From: Callorhinchus milii
Lineage: Eukaryota
DNA: 64,000 nucleotides
Direction: 5' to 3'
Assembly: GCF_018977255.1 (NCBI RefSeq)
Contig: NW_024704742.1
Location: forward strand, 18,540,001-18,604,000
Positions 1 through 11,861 of the stretch are shown one piece after another. The notes below the pieces were generated by a model. The model was not told the origin of the DNA and did not search any database. It was given only the letters and a program-made list of their open reading frames with translations. The position numbers and the translations under genes are program-made. Every line of letters begins with the position of its first letter. The stretch's first letter is position 1.

Positions 1-104
1 TCCTTTCTACCCCACATCTGCGCCATGACCCCCTCTATCTTCTCCTACCTCTGCAACATTGACAAACTAAATGTCATATCTCAGATTCCCTTTGTAAATC
101 AATA

Positions 105-300
105 GTAATAAAAATCCTTGCGTTTGATATAGTGTCTTATTATGTCATCAAGACATCTCAAAATGCTTCACAGGATTTACTATAAAGTGTAGTCACTGTG
201 TATTTTGTGGGCCAACATGGTAGCTAAGTTGTGCACAGGAACAGCCGTGAAGTAAATGACCAATTTGTGGCTGGGGTTGTCTGGGGTATTTCCTGGTGAT
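105..300 (-). mobile_element. Old Deu-type SINE, 3' fragment
   Basis: Reverse complement of the L2-like tail (…ATATCAAACGCAAGGATTTTTATT) plus degenerate GCTGTT…CTGTGCACAA body. Confidence 0.6.
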
Positions 301-324
301 TGTTCACAACTGATAACAACAACA

Positions 325-1770
325 AAAAATTGTATTTATATAGCACCTTTCATGGTGGGAGGATGTCCCAAAGTACTGAAGGTTTGTACCAAGCTGGGGG
401 TTGGAATAAGGAGGTGTGGAGCCAAGGGGAGTGGGGGATGGGGGGGGAGATGATTGAAGGCATGCTTAAATAGGAAGGTCTTAAGGCAGTCCTTGAAGGA
501 GGGAAGAGACAAAGTGAAGGGACTCTGAGATGGACTTCTAGAGGGTGGGGCAGATAGGTTGAAACCAGTCCACTAATGGTGGGGTGCGCAGATTGGGGAC
601 ACAAAGTAGGTCAGTGCCTGCCAGTTGGAGGGAGCAAGTATGGATGGCAGGGTTTAAGAAGTTTGCAGAGGTATGGTGGGGCAAGACTGTGGAGGAATTC
701 AAAAATGAGTACGAGGATCTTGAATTCAATCCTTTTGGAGATAAGGATCAACTGGAGCTGGGTGAGAATGGGGGCAATGGGCTCATGGAGTCTCAAGCAG
801 GAGGAGACATGAGCTGCAGATTTCTGGATGGGCTGAAGTTTGTGGAGGGAAGAGTTGGACAGTCTGATGAGCAGAGGATTGGCATACTCTTGCCTGCCAT
901 GATAAAACCATGGATAAGAGTCTCAGTGACCATGGATAGAATGGTCGTCAGTGTCAAAGGCGGCAGAGTGGTTAAGAAGAACAATAAAAGTACGATGCAA
1001 TCCATAGTGGTGGCCCTTTTGTTTGGGGACAATAGAAGGAATAATTGGCACTTTTAACACTTGCCTTCAGAATATTTGGAGACATGTGAGCGCTGATGGT
1101 TACTTCATGATTCCAGTGGTCACACCTGACCCTGCCATGGCACTGGGGAGAGGTAGTGGCAGAAGTGAGTACTGTTGAGAAGGTGGGGAAAAGCTGAACA
1201 GATCAGAGCACGGATGTGGGGTTTAATGGACCGTTGAAAGTCAAAAAGACACTGAGGTTGCACAATGGCCTCTTGAGGTGTAGAGTGTAGCATGTAGATT
1301 GATGCTGTCAGTGCCTGAGGTGAGAAAGTGCTGACGGAGCTAAGCAGGAGAGCCTCTGTCTTGTCGACATTCAACTGGAGAAAGTTAGCTCTCATCCAGG
1401 ACATGATATCTGACAAGCAATCGATCAGAAGCGCAGTGGTCCTGGAATCAAAGGTGGAATCAGAGAGATAGAGTTGGGTGTCATCGACATACATATGGAA
1501 GTTAACCCCATGCCTGGGGATGACATGACTGAGCAGTAGCACGTAAATATTAAAGCGAAGAAAACCGAGGACAGAGCGCTGCGGAACGTCACGCTGATGG
1601 TGCAGGATGGGAGGAGAAGCCACTGCCTGATACAAAGTGAAGATGTTGGGACGGATAAGAATGAAATCAGGAAAGCACAAAACCGTGAAGGTGGAGCTGA
1701 GAGGAAAGGCGGTGGAGATGGATAGAATGGTCGTCGGTGTCGAAGGCGGCAGAGTGGTTAAGAAGGACAA
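325..1770 (-). mobile_element. 5'-truncated L2 LINE (RT remnant), interrupted by a duplicated segment at 932-1140
   Basis: (AAC)n tail at ~316-326; ORF 1120-1827 gives VPQRSVLG…FHMYVDDTQLY…NFLQLNVDKTE; ORF 611-796 gives RIEFKILVL…HSLAPPYL. Confidence 0.9.
932..1140. repeat. Direct repeat copy 1 (~200 bp; copy 2 at 1718-1914)
   Basis: ATGGATAGAATGGTCGTC…GTGGTCACACC…TGCCATGG present twice with scattered substitutions and small indels. Confidence 0.95.
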
Positions 1771-3194
1771 TAAAAGTACAATGAAATCCATAGTGGTGGC
1801 CTTTTTGTTTGGGGACAATAGAAGCAATAATTGGCACTTTTAACACTTGCCTTCAAAATATTTGGAGGCATGTGAGTGCTTCATGATCCCAGTGGTCACA
1901 CCCGACTGCCATGGAACCACTTTGAATGTCCCAAGCATTTCTTAGATGACCAACATAGTGATTCTACAATTATCTACTTTCATCATGGAACTCACTTTAT
2001 TTTTGCGGGTCTTATATGCTCCAACTCAACAGCCATGAAGTAAATTAGTTAATAGAGCGAAAAAAGAAAAATTACAAGTCACTAACTGGTACTTTTATCA
2101 CATCAAAATGTATCAAGGTGCTTCATAGGTGGTAAGGACTCTCATATGAAATTACTGATTTTGAAAGCAAACATGGCAGATATTTATGACAGCAACATCT
2201 TACAAACAGCCGTGAAGTGAATGATTAATTAATGCAGCGGAATTGTTGGCCAGAAGATTGAGAAAAAAATCCATTCTCCTTCCACATCAAGTACAATGTG
2301 TTTGATTTGTTTGTTAAACAAAACAAAAAAGATTTCTCAGCCTATCAAACTCATTTTTTCCAAGGCCATGTGCAGTCTATTACATTATAGATTTATGATA
2401 AATACTATCTCATAATAATTACTCCCAAAGGTTACAACATAAAACTGTAGAATATCTGTCAGTTCTCATGTTTTCAATATTCAGCAGTGGCCTGCTGCCC
2501 ATCCACAGGTAATATTCCACTACTACCCCTTTCACGGCTGTACTAGATCACCTAGAAAGTTTTAATAAGAATGTGCTGTAAGCACTAAACTAAACTGTAA
2601 TTCGTAGAGGTCAGATTGAAGAGATATTATCGCAAAATCACCGGATTATTTTGAATGAAGAAAGCCGTTCAGCCCATTTGATTTTGGCCTGTTTCATCCT
2701 TCCAGTATAGCCACCCTTTCCATCCTCCCATCAGAAGATCAAGCTGCTTCTTAAATGAATCCAGTGTCCTAGCCTCAGCCATCCTTCCTAGCAACCTGTT
2801 CCAGTCATTAATCACTCTCCAAGTAAAGAAAGATTTTGCAGTGAATTACAAATCCTAATCTTTTGAAGTGACATTTTTCAAGCACTTGCTTCCCATATTA
2901 AACCTGTGGAAAGTATGTCGTAGAATATGGGATAGATAATTATTTAATGATTTTTTTAAAAAAAGGAATGCATAGTTCACTGCAGACTGAAGCTGCTTTG
3001 TGTTTTAGAGTAAGACTGATTCTCCAGCAGACATAACGACAACAGTGGTCTGTCAGATATTTAACTGAATTAGCTTTTCAATATTTATATACAGTACTTG
3101 CATCATTGATTTTGTAACGGTAAGAACAATCATTTGAAGTTCTGTGGTGCATGAAATTTTTCTCAGGAGCACTATTAGTGGCAAAGGTTAATTT

Positions 3195-3447
3195 CCATTT
3201 GATATAGTACCTTATCAAAGACGTCTCAAAGCGCTTCACAGAATATAAAGTGGAGTGACTGTATTTTGTAAGTGAAACGTGGCAACCAATTGCGCACATC
3301 AGTGTCCCACAAACAGTTGTGGATTGAGTAACAACATATTTTGGGGGGTTATTACCCCCAAAAAGCGATCTGCCAATCGGCTATCAACTGTGTTTCTATG
3401 TAAACAGATGCATGTGGAGTAAGGAAACTTGTTTAAGGTTTTGCCCT
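3195..3447 (-). mobile_element. tRNA-derived L2-tailed SINE, 5'-truncated and degenerate
   Basis: CCAATTGCGCACA…GTCCCACAAACAG body and TAAACAGATGCATGTGGAGTAAGGAAAC match other copies. Confidence 0.8.
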
Positions 3448-5205
3448 TTTTTTTAATATTCAAGTACCTGAAATAAAGTTAATTACTGCCTTTCGGTTCA
3501 GCCGATGCTTATGAAACACTCAAGCTTTCCTCTCAGGTTTTTCATGCATTTGGGGTTTAAAATCTTCGAGTTGGCTCAATCCTTTCAGCCTTGAATGTAG
3601 AAATATGCTTGTTATGGGCTGAATGGTCATCTATGCTGTAATTTTCTACAGAATTTATTGTCACAAGTTTAAAATTGATTGAAGATCAGCACAGAAAAAA
3701 TGGAACTGGAAGAGCAGCTAGTAAAATCCTTGTACTGTAGCTAGATGGCACTGTGCACCAAGAGACAGCTTCATATGTTTTTCACCTCCAGCAATCAGAG
3801 ACTGAATTTAGACCATAAATAGACAACAGCGAGTGACCTTTGGCTATCCTCGAGAGGAGCACAATACAAAATAATCTCAGATTCAGCAATTATCTCATAC
3901 AGCGTACACCACAAAAGGAACTCAAGGAAAAGGGTTTCTGTTCCACTTACACATTAAATCAGTTTAAAAATCACAAATCTATTATATTTTCTCCAATGTT
4001 AAAGGACAACAAATAGCACATTCTCCTGTCATAGGTTACAGTAAGTGTTATTTTGTATAATTTCTGGAAAACTTAATTGGTTGATCAATGCCTCACAAAG
4101 CACCTTTCAAGTCCTTTTCATTTGATAATGTGAAACACTAATAAGCTCCATGTGCTTCCCAGCAATTAACACAAAGTGCTACAGCAGTGTGAATACAGAG
4201 TCCACATACTCAGATTAATGAGTCTTCATATTTTAGGCATATCAAACCTGCTGCAGCAGAATGTCATTAATCATAGAGTCAGGCCTCCGATCAAAACTCT
4301 GGGACTTTGCTATAGTTGGGTTGAATAATTTATTACATGATTTCAAAGAGGAGGAAAAAGTGGGACAGCTTCTTGTATTGGTTTTCCAGGCATGCGGCTT
4401 GAGCACTAGGGATAAAAAATCCACCTGCTACTATAAAGTGCCGTGTCTGGATAAATCTAACGGAAAAAGAAAGAGAACCAATTTGATTCTAAATTTGACA
4501 TTGGTAGTGTCATAATTCTGCAAAAGACAATTTTTTAAAAAAAGTATGAATTATTTTTTCAAAAGAGCAAAGACTGCACAAAGGCGATTGCTGCATATGT
4601 TTTACTTCTCCCACAAACCTCCATAGCAATAACATATGTGCAATCGCCCACAAAACACTCAGTCACGCTATTTTACAGCAAATCCTGTGAAGCGCTTTGA
4701 GACATCCTCTGGATGTGAAAGGCATCATACCAAATGTAAGCATTATTATTTGGTCTATAAGGTCTGATTGTGATGTAGGATTTATCTAAATTGGCTGAAT
4801 TTTAAGCAAACTCTAAATCAATGTTAAGTGTAATTCAAACAAATACTCAATCAAAAACTGTCAGTAAGCAGCCATTCATGAGATATTTATGAAGTAAACA
4901 ATTATTTTAAGGAATCAAAAATCAAGCATTTTTGTTAGATTCTAACCTGCATTAAAGGAGCTATATAAGTGCAAGTTGTTGTTGTTGTCGTTGTCGTCAT
5001 CTTTTGCAGAACAAAGGTATATTTGAAATGAACATTTTATCTGGGGTACTTTTTTCAGCATGAAGAGAAACAGTTCCAGATAAATGTGGGTGAGGTTCAG
5101 ACAGGCATCTAAATAACAGCAATGTACATTTGGCAGAAATAATATTTCAGAATAGTTTTAAAGATGTGAGTTAGATAGTATTAATCTACAAGTCATTTGG
5201 ACCTT

Positions 5206-6850
5206 TGGACTCCTGTAGCTCAGTGGTTAAAGCACTTGCCTCCCAAGTGAGAGATCTGGGTTCGATTCCCAACAGGGTGAAATGTTGGGTGCGTTTTGTT
5301 ACTGCTAGGTAAACAGAGGCATGTGGAGTAACAACAACAACAAGATTACATTTATATAGAGCCTTTCACGTGGGGAGGATGTCCCAAGGCGCTGGACAGT
5401 GTACAGCATTTCAGACCCGAGCTGAGGTCAGGGGGGGAGAAGGGAGGGGAGGGGGCTGGCCGATGGCATGATCGAAGAGGAGGGTCTTGAGGCAGGAATT
5501 GAAGGAGGCTGAGGAGGGGATGAGGTGGAGTGACTGGGGGATGGAATTCCAGAGGTAGGGGAAAGAGTGGCTGAAGGCGGGTGGGTCGGGGGATGTGGAG
5601 CAGGCCAGAGCCGACTGAGCAGAGGCAACGGGCGGGTTGGTAGGGGGTCGCAGAGGTAGGGTGGGGAGAGGTCATGGAGGGCTTTGTAGGTGAGGACCAG
5701 GATCTTGAACTGGATCCTCTTAAGGATAGGGAGCCAATGGAGTCGGGCGAGAATGGGGGAGATGGGGTTACGGAGTTTGATGCGGGAAAGGACACGGGCT
5801 GCAGAGTTCTGGATTATCTGCAGGCTGTGGAGGGAGGAGTTGGGAAGGCTGACAAGCAGGGGTTTTCATAGTCGAGCCTGGAGGTGATGAAGGCATGAAC
5901 AAGAGTTTCAGCGGCCTGAGGGGTGATGTAGTGGTGGAGTCGGGCGATGTTACGGAGGTGAGGGAAGACAGAGCATGTCATGGCTTGGATGTGGGGAGGA
6001 AACGACAGCTGAGGGTCGAACAAGGCACCTCGGTTCCTGACTGGCTTGGTGAGATGAAGTGTGCAACCATGGAGATTGATGCTGCCAGAGCCTGAGGTGC
6101 AGAGGCGCTGGTGCGAGCCAATCAGGAGGGCCTCAGTCTTTTTCACATTCAACTGTAGAAAATTTGCCCTCATCCAGGACTCGATGTCCGACAGACAGTC
6201 TATCAGGACAGCAGTGGTCCTGGAGTTGATGGTGGAGGCAGAAAGATAGAGTTGGGTGTCATCTGCATACATATGGAAGTTGACCCCATATCTGTGAATG
6301 ATGTCACCAAGGGGGAGCATGTAGATATTAAAGAGGAGAAGGCCAAGGACAGAGCCCTGGGGGACCCCAGACATGAAAATGCGGGGGCTGGAGGAGAAAC
6401 CATTAGAGGCAACATAGTGGAGACGGTGAGAGAGATAGGAATCGAACCAGGCAAGGGCAAGTCCGCGAAGGTTAAGTAAAAAGGATAGGCGGTGTATGAG
6501 GATGGAATGGTTGACAGTGTCGAAGGTGGCAGAGAGGTTGAGGAGGACAAGGAAGCAGAGATGATCACAGATGTTCAGAACGTCATTAGTGACTTTGACC
6601 AGTCGTAGGATCCTGGTTGTTAATCGATTGGTGGATTGCTTTTCTGGGGCTAATAATTCCTTCAAAAAATAATAAGAAATCGGTCGCTCAATCCATGAGT
6701 GTTTTGGGACACTGCTGTGCGCAATTGGCTGCTGCGTTTCGCCCACAAAATATACAGTCAATTCACTTTACAGTATATTCTGTGAAGCCCTTGAAATATC
6801 TCGAAGACATAATAAAGCGCGATATCAATGCAAGGATTATTATTATTACT
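5206..6850 (+). mobile_element. tRNA-derived SINE split by an L2 (head 5206-5331, remainder ~6605-6850)
   Basis: A box TAGCTCAGTGG and B box GGTTCGATTCC; body resumes GTAGGATCCTGGTTGTTAATCGATTGG; (ATT)n tail. Confidence 0.9.
5331..6600 (-). mobile_element. 5'-truncated L2 LINE, RT region
   Basis: ORF 5814-6761: LLNLSATFDTVNH…VPQGSVLG…MYADDTQLY…VHAFITSRLDY; (AAC)n tail at 5331-5342. Confidence 0.97.
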
Positions 6851-6979
6851 ACAATACTGTAAATGAGATCCACAAAGGTATAGTCTCACTTTACAAACCT
6901 TCTGTTCTCTAAATTTTCTCCAAATGTTTTTGAAAAAAAGTATATATGATTAATACTAATCTGAATGGGTGAATGTATG

Positions 6980-7365
6980 ACACCTCCATGGCCTTGCCCC
7001 CTCCTACCTCTCCAACCTGCTGACTCCTCGTCAACCTGTCCACTCCCTCCACTCAGTGGGCTCCGACCTGCTCCATATACCCCATCTGGCCCACCCCACC
7101 ATCGGTGGTCAGGCCTTCAGCCTGTCTGTCCCACCCTCTAGAACTCCATCCTATATTCCCTTTGCCTCGCTCCCTCCCTTGCCTCCTTCAAGGTATACCT
7201 CAAGACTCTCTTCTTCAACCATATTTTCAGCCACCCTCCAACCCTCTCTGCCCTCCATCCTCCCTGATCCCACCCCCCTCCCAACCGGGTCCTAATCTCT
7301 GACTGTTCAGGACCTTGGAACATCCTTCCAAGGTGAAGGACACTTTACAAATGTAATTTTGTATT
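6980..7365 (+). mobile_element. L2 3' fragment
   Basis: CATGGCCTTGCCCCCTCCTACCTC (HGLAPSYL) and GTGAAGGACACTTTACAAATGTAA end. Confidence 0.85.
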
Positions 7366-8052
7366 GTAGAACTGTGAAAAATATGAAATAATCGAAGCCC
7401 CTTTCCTGGAGGATTATACAATTCCCTGTCCCCAAATTACTTAATAAAAGAACGGCTGAAACATAGGCCTTCCCACCCTCTGGTCTTGTCCTGAACTCCG
7501 TTCAGACATCGATTTCCCACCAGGCATTAGAAGACTATTGATCTCAATTTGTCTTCTGAGAAATTGGAACAGAGATTGGCATCCAAGCAGAGTTCTGGAG
7601 AATTGGCCTGGCGCACATCTGGTTACCTGCTGAATTTTCTATTTACAAATACAGCGATTTTTGGACAAATAGACCCCGAAGAAGAATCTCTGAAGGTGCA
7701 TCTATTTATTCTCTAAAACTTACAATATTTTGCATTGGAACAATTGGGCTTTATTCTGCTGGTGATTCCAATTTGATCGCAATTTATGACACTTATGATC
7801 TTCTACATAATTTTGAATTCTACAAGAATTCTTTGAAGTGTACAGCTTACTACTTTACTCTTCTCCATTTAAAGTATTTTACTAGAATTGTTTTGAGTGC
7901 ATGAAAGGACCAAAATTGACTCTTTGATTTTAGACACCCACGCCAACCCTACACAAACACATAGTTAGGTCAAAAAGACCAGCTAAAAAATAAAACAACC
8001 AACATTATTAAAAGGTAACCTATTCAGTTCGTTGAGAGTTCTTTGTAGCTTT

Positions 8053-8768
8053 GGAATCTTGTAGCTCAGTGGTTAGAGCACTCGCATCGCAAACGAGAAA
8101 CCTGGGTTTGATTCCCGACAAGCGAAATGTTGGGCAAGTCCTTACTGCACATGCCTCTGTTAATAATAATAATAATAATCCTTGCATTTGATATAGCGCT
8201 TTTCACGTCGGGAGGACGTCCCAAAGCGCTTCACAGAACACACTGTAAAGTGAATTGACTGTATATTTGTGGGCGAACGCGGCAGCCAATTGCGCACAGC
8301 AATGTCCCACAAACAGTCGTAGATTGAAAATGACTAATTTATTATTGTTTTGGTTTTGGAGGCATTATTATTAGGCGTGTGGAGTAAGGAAACTTGCCCA
8401 AGGTTTCGCCCTCTGCCTGGAATTGAACTCAGGTCTCTCACTTGCAAAGCGAGTGCTCTAACCACTGAGCTACAGGACTCCGCGACCACTAAGCTACAGG
8501 ACTCCACAGGACTACCAAGCAGTAAGCAGGAACCCAGTTTTAGTCGATTAATGGATTGTTTTTCTGGGGATAAAAATCTCTCAAGAAGAAACCCAATAAT
8601 AATTTGGTCACTCAATCCATGACTGTTTGTGGGACACTGCTGTGCACAATTGGCTGCCGCATTTCTCCCACAAATGCAGTCAATTCACTTTACAGTATAT
8701 TCTGTGAAGCACTTTGAGGCGTCTAGAAGACGTGAAAAGCACTATATCAAATGCAAGGATTATTATTT
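8053..8768 (+). mobile_element. Older tRNA-SINE (8053-8160 plus 8514-8768) hosting an inverted younger SINE
   Basis: Head with A/B boxes; consensus CATGCCTCTGTT|TACCTAGCAGTAAG is split by the insert. Confidence 0.9.
8161..8513 (-). mobile_element. Young tRNA(Ala-like) SINE with reiterated 5' end
   Basis: (TAA)n tail; near-identical to copies at 27332 and 31233; head ACCACTGAGCTACAGGACTCC repeated. Confidence 0.95.
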
Positions 8769-9630
8769 ATTTTATTTGTGTTAAATGCCGACAAAATACA
8801 GTCAATCCACTTTAGAATATATCCTGTGAAGTAAATTGAGAAGTCTCAACGACATGATAAGGTACAATATCTAATGCAAGAATTATTATTATTAAATTAA
8901 ATGTTGGTTTGGGGTTATTTCACAAATCAGACTGTCACAAGCCTCATTTTTCTTTTGTTTGTTTAACTGAGGGAGAGCCTTATAACAGTGTGCTTTTCTA
9001 CTTCAGAGGAGAAACACTAAAAACTTTTGTCTTTGTGCAAAAGAACATGAAATAGCATTATTTTGGAAGTAACAACTAGCTTGTGCATTGTGCCAGTAAG
9101 AGGGAATTGGTGACGCATTCAACTATTGCACCACAAGACTTCTTGAAACCAAGAAGCCATATCTCAAAATCAAACTCAATTGTTATCCAAGTGGAGTTCT
9201 GGAGAGTTCCAGAAGAGAGGGCAAGTCGGAGGGATTGAGGGAGAGTGTTCCAGAGTGTGATGGATTGGGGAGTGAGGATGTCGGAGAGGTAGGGAGGTGC
9301 CAGAGAATGAATGGATTTGAGCATGAGAGTGAGGATCTTGAAGTCGATCCATTCGGTGACGGGGAGCCAGTGGAGCTTGGCCAGAACTAGTGAGATGTAG
9401 GTACAGATTTTGGTCCTGGTCAGTATGTGGGCAGCAGAGTTTTGAATGAGCTGGATCTTGTGAATGGTGGAGCTGGGGACACCAGTGAGCAGTGCAGTAA
9501 TCAAGCGGGAGGTGACAAACACATGCACGAGGGTTTTGGCTGTATTTGGGGTAAGATTCAGTCAAGACAGGCAATGTGGCGGGGGTGGAAGAAAGCGGTC
9601 CTGGTCAGGAACCGGATATGGGGGAGAAAC

Positions 9631-10565
9631 AACAAGACAACAACAACAAGATTCCATTTATAAAGCGCCTTTCACGTCAGGAGGACGTCCCAAGGCGCTG
9701 CACAGTTGGGTCATGACCCGAGCAGGAGGGAAATGGTCAGGGTGAGGGGAGGGGAGGGAGCGAGGAGGGGGAAATGGTCAGGGTGAGGGGAGGGATGGGA
9801 GGGAGCGAGAAGGGGGAAGAGAGTCGAGAGGGGAGCTGAAGGCTCGGTCAAAGAGAAAGGTTTTGAGACCGGCCTTGAAGGAGGAGAGAGAGGAAGCGAG
9901 GCGAAGGCACTGGGGGATAGAGTTCCAGAGGCTCGGGGCTGAGAGGCTGAAGGCCCGACCACCAATGGTAGGGCGATTGGGGCGGGGGATGTGGAGCAGA
10001 CCGGAGCCGGAGGAACGGAGGTTACGGGCAGGTAGGTAGGGGGATAGTAGGTTGGAGAGGTAGGAGGGAGCAAGGCCGTGAATGGCCTTGTTGGTGAGGA
10101 TAAGGATCTTGAAATCAATCCTCTGGGGGATGGGGAGCCAGTGGAGGCGAGCGAGGGTGGGAGTGATGTGGTCCCGAAGCCTGGTGCGGGACAGTACACG
10201 AGCTGCAGAGTTCTGAATGACCTGCAGCTTGTGGAGGGAGGTGGCGGGAAGGCCGGTGAGGAGAGAGTTCCCATAGTCCAGCCTTGAGGTGACAAAGGCG
10301 TGAACCAGGGTTTCAGCAGCGTGAGGGGTGCGGTAATGGCGTAGTCTGGCGATATTCCGGAGGTGATGGAAGGCGGTGCCAGTTGTGGTGCGGATGTGAG
10401 GGAGAAAGGACAGCTCAGGGTCGAACAAAACGCCGAGGTTCCTGACTGGCTTTGAGAGGTGGAGAGTGCAGCCTTGGATGCTGATGGTGTCGGCGCCTGA
10501 GGTGCGGAGGCGCTGACGTGAACCAATCAGTAGGGCCTCGGTTTTTCGCACGTTGAGCTGAAGTT
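9631..10565 (-). mobile_element. Young L2 (same subfamily as 59443-60507)
   Basis: Open frame from [12 protein letters not shown] to KTFLFDRAF; (AAC)n tail; ~42-bp tandem duplication in the 3' end at ~9728-9815. Confidence 0.97.
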
Positions 10566-11029
10566 GCAACAACAGTTGGGGATCGAACCAGACTCCTAGG
10601 TTGCGCACTGGTTTGGTGAGTCTGAGGGAGAGCCCAGGGAGGCTGAAGAGTTTAGATCCACAGTAGTGAAGACGTTGACGGGAGCCAAGGAGTATGGTTT
10701 CGTCTTATCCATATTCAGCTGCAGGACGTTTACACTCATTCAGGCCTTGATGTCTGCCAGACAAGCTGATAGAATATTGGCGGACCTGGAGTTGGTACTG
10801 GAGGAGGCAAAGTAGATTTGTGTGTCATCCGCAAACATGTGGAAGTTTATCCCCTGTCTGCGGATGAGATCACCCAGAGGGAGCATATAGATAAGGAAAA
10901 GAAGAGGGCCAAGGATGGAGCCCTGGGGTACCACGCAGGTGACGGGTGGGGGCGGGAGGAGAAACGATTTGCTGGGATGAAATGGAGGCCGTTGGTTAAG
11001 TAGGACTGGAACATGCGAGTGCGGTCTCA

Positions 11030-11861
11030 ACAACAACAACAAGATTACATTTGTATAGCGCCTTTCACGTCGGGAGGACGTCCCAAGGCACTGGACAGAG
11101 TACAGTGTTTCAGACCCAAGTTGGGGTTGGGGGGGCGGGGTAAGGGAGGGGAGGGGAAGGGGGGTGGCTGATGGCATGGTCAAAAAGGAGGGTCTTGAGG
11201 CAGGACTTGAAGGAGGCTAATGAGGAGGCGAGGCGGAGTAACTGGGGGATGGAATTGCAGAGATTGGGGGCAGAGTGGCTGAAGGCTCTCCCGCCAATGG
11301 TGGGGCGGGTGGGTCGGGGGACGTGGAGCAGGCCAGGGCCGGCTGAGTGGAGGGAACGGGCAGGTTGGTAGAGGGTTAGGAGGTCACAGAGGTAGGGTTG
11401 GGTGAGGCCATGAAGGGCTTTGTATGTGAGGTCCAGGATCTTGAACTGGATCCTCTGAAGGATAGGGAGCCAATGGAGTCGGACGAGAGTGGGGAAAATG
11501 GGGTCACCGAGTTTGGTGCGGGAGAGGACATGGGCTTCAGAGTTCTGGATTATCTGCAGTCTGTGCAGGGAGGAGTTGGGAAGGCCAACAAGCAGGGTGT
11601 TTGCATAGTCGAACCTGGAGGTGATGAAGGCATGAACAAGAGTTTCAGCGGCCTGAGGGCTGAGGTAGTGGCGGAGTCGGGCGATGTTACGGAAGTGAGG
11701 GAAGGCAAATTGGGTCAAGGCTTGAATGTGGGGGAGAAAAGACTGTTGAGGTCGAACAAGACACCTAGGTTCCTGACTGGCTTGGTAAGTTGAAGTGTGT
11801 AACCGTGGAGGTTGATGTTGCCAAAGCCTGAGGTGCTGAGGCGCTGGCGCGAGCCAATCAA
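11030..11861 (-). mobile_element. Young L2 with 13-bp TSD
   Basis: ORF 11110-11718 is L2 C-terminal; flanks GAGTGCGGTCTCA (11017-11029) and GAGTGTGGTCTCA (11862-11874). Confidence 0.97.

Noticed and set aside
5814..6761. 315-aa RT ORF as a functional gene or retron-like system
   Set aside because: It is a 5'-truncated L2 fragment whose N-terminus is read-through from antisense SINE sequence; no endonuclease domain and a frameshifted C-terminus
7540..7715. Stop-free stretch KTIDLNLSSEKLEQRL…
   Set aside because: Weak splice signals and no recognised homology
9711..10526. Long Pro/Ser-rich ORFs (also 59660-60406)
   Set aside because: Alternative frames of C-rich L2 sequence
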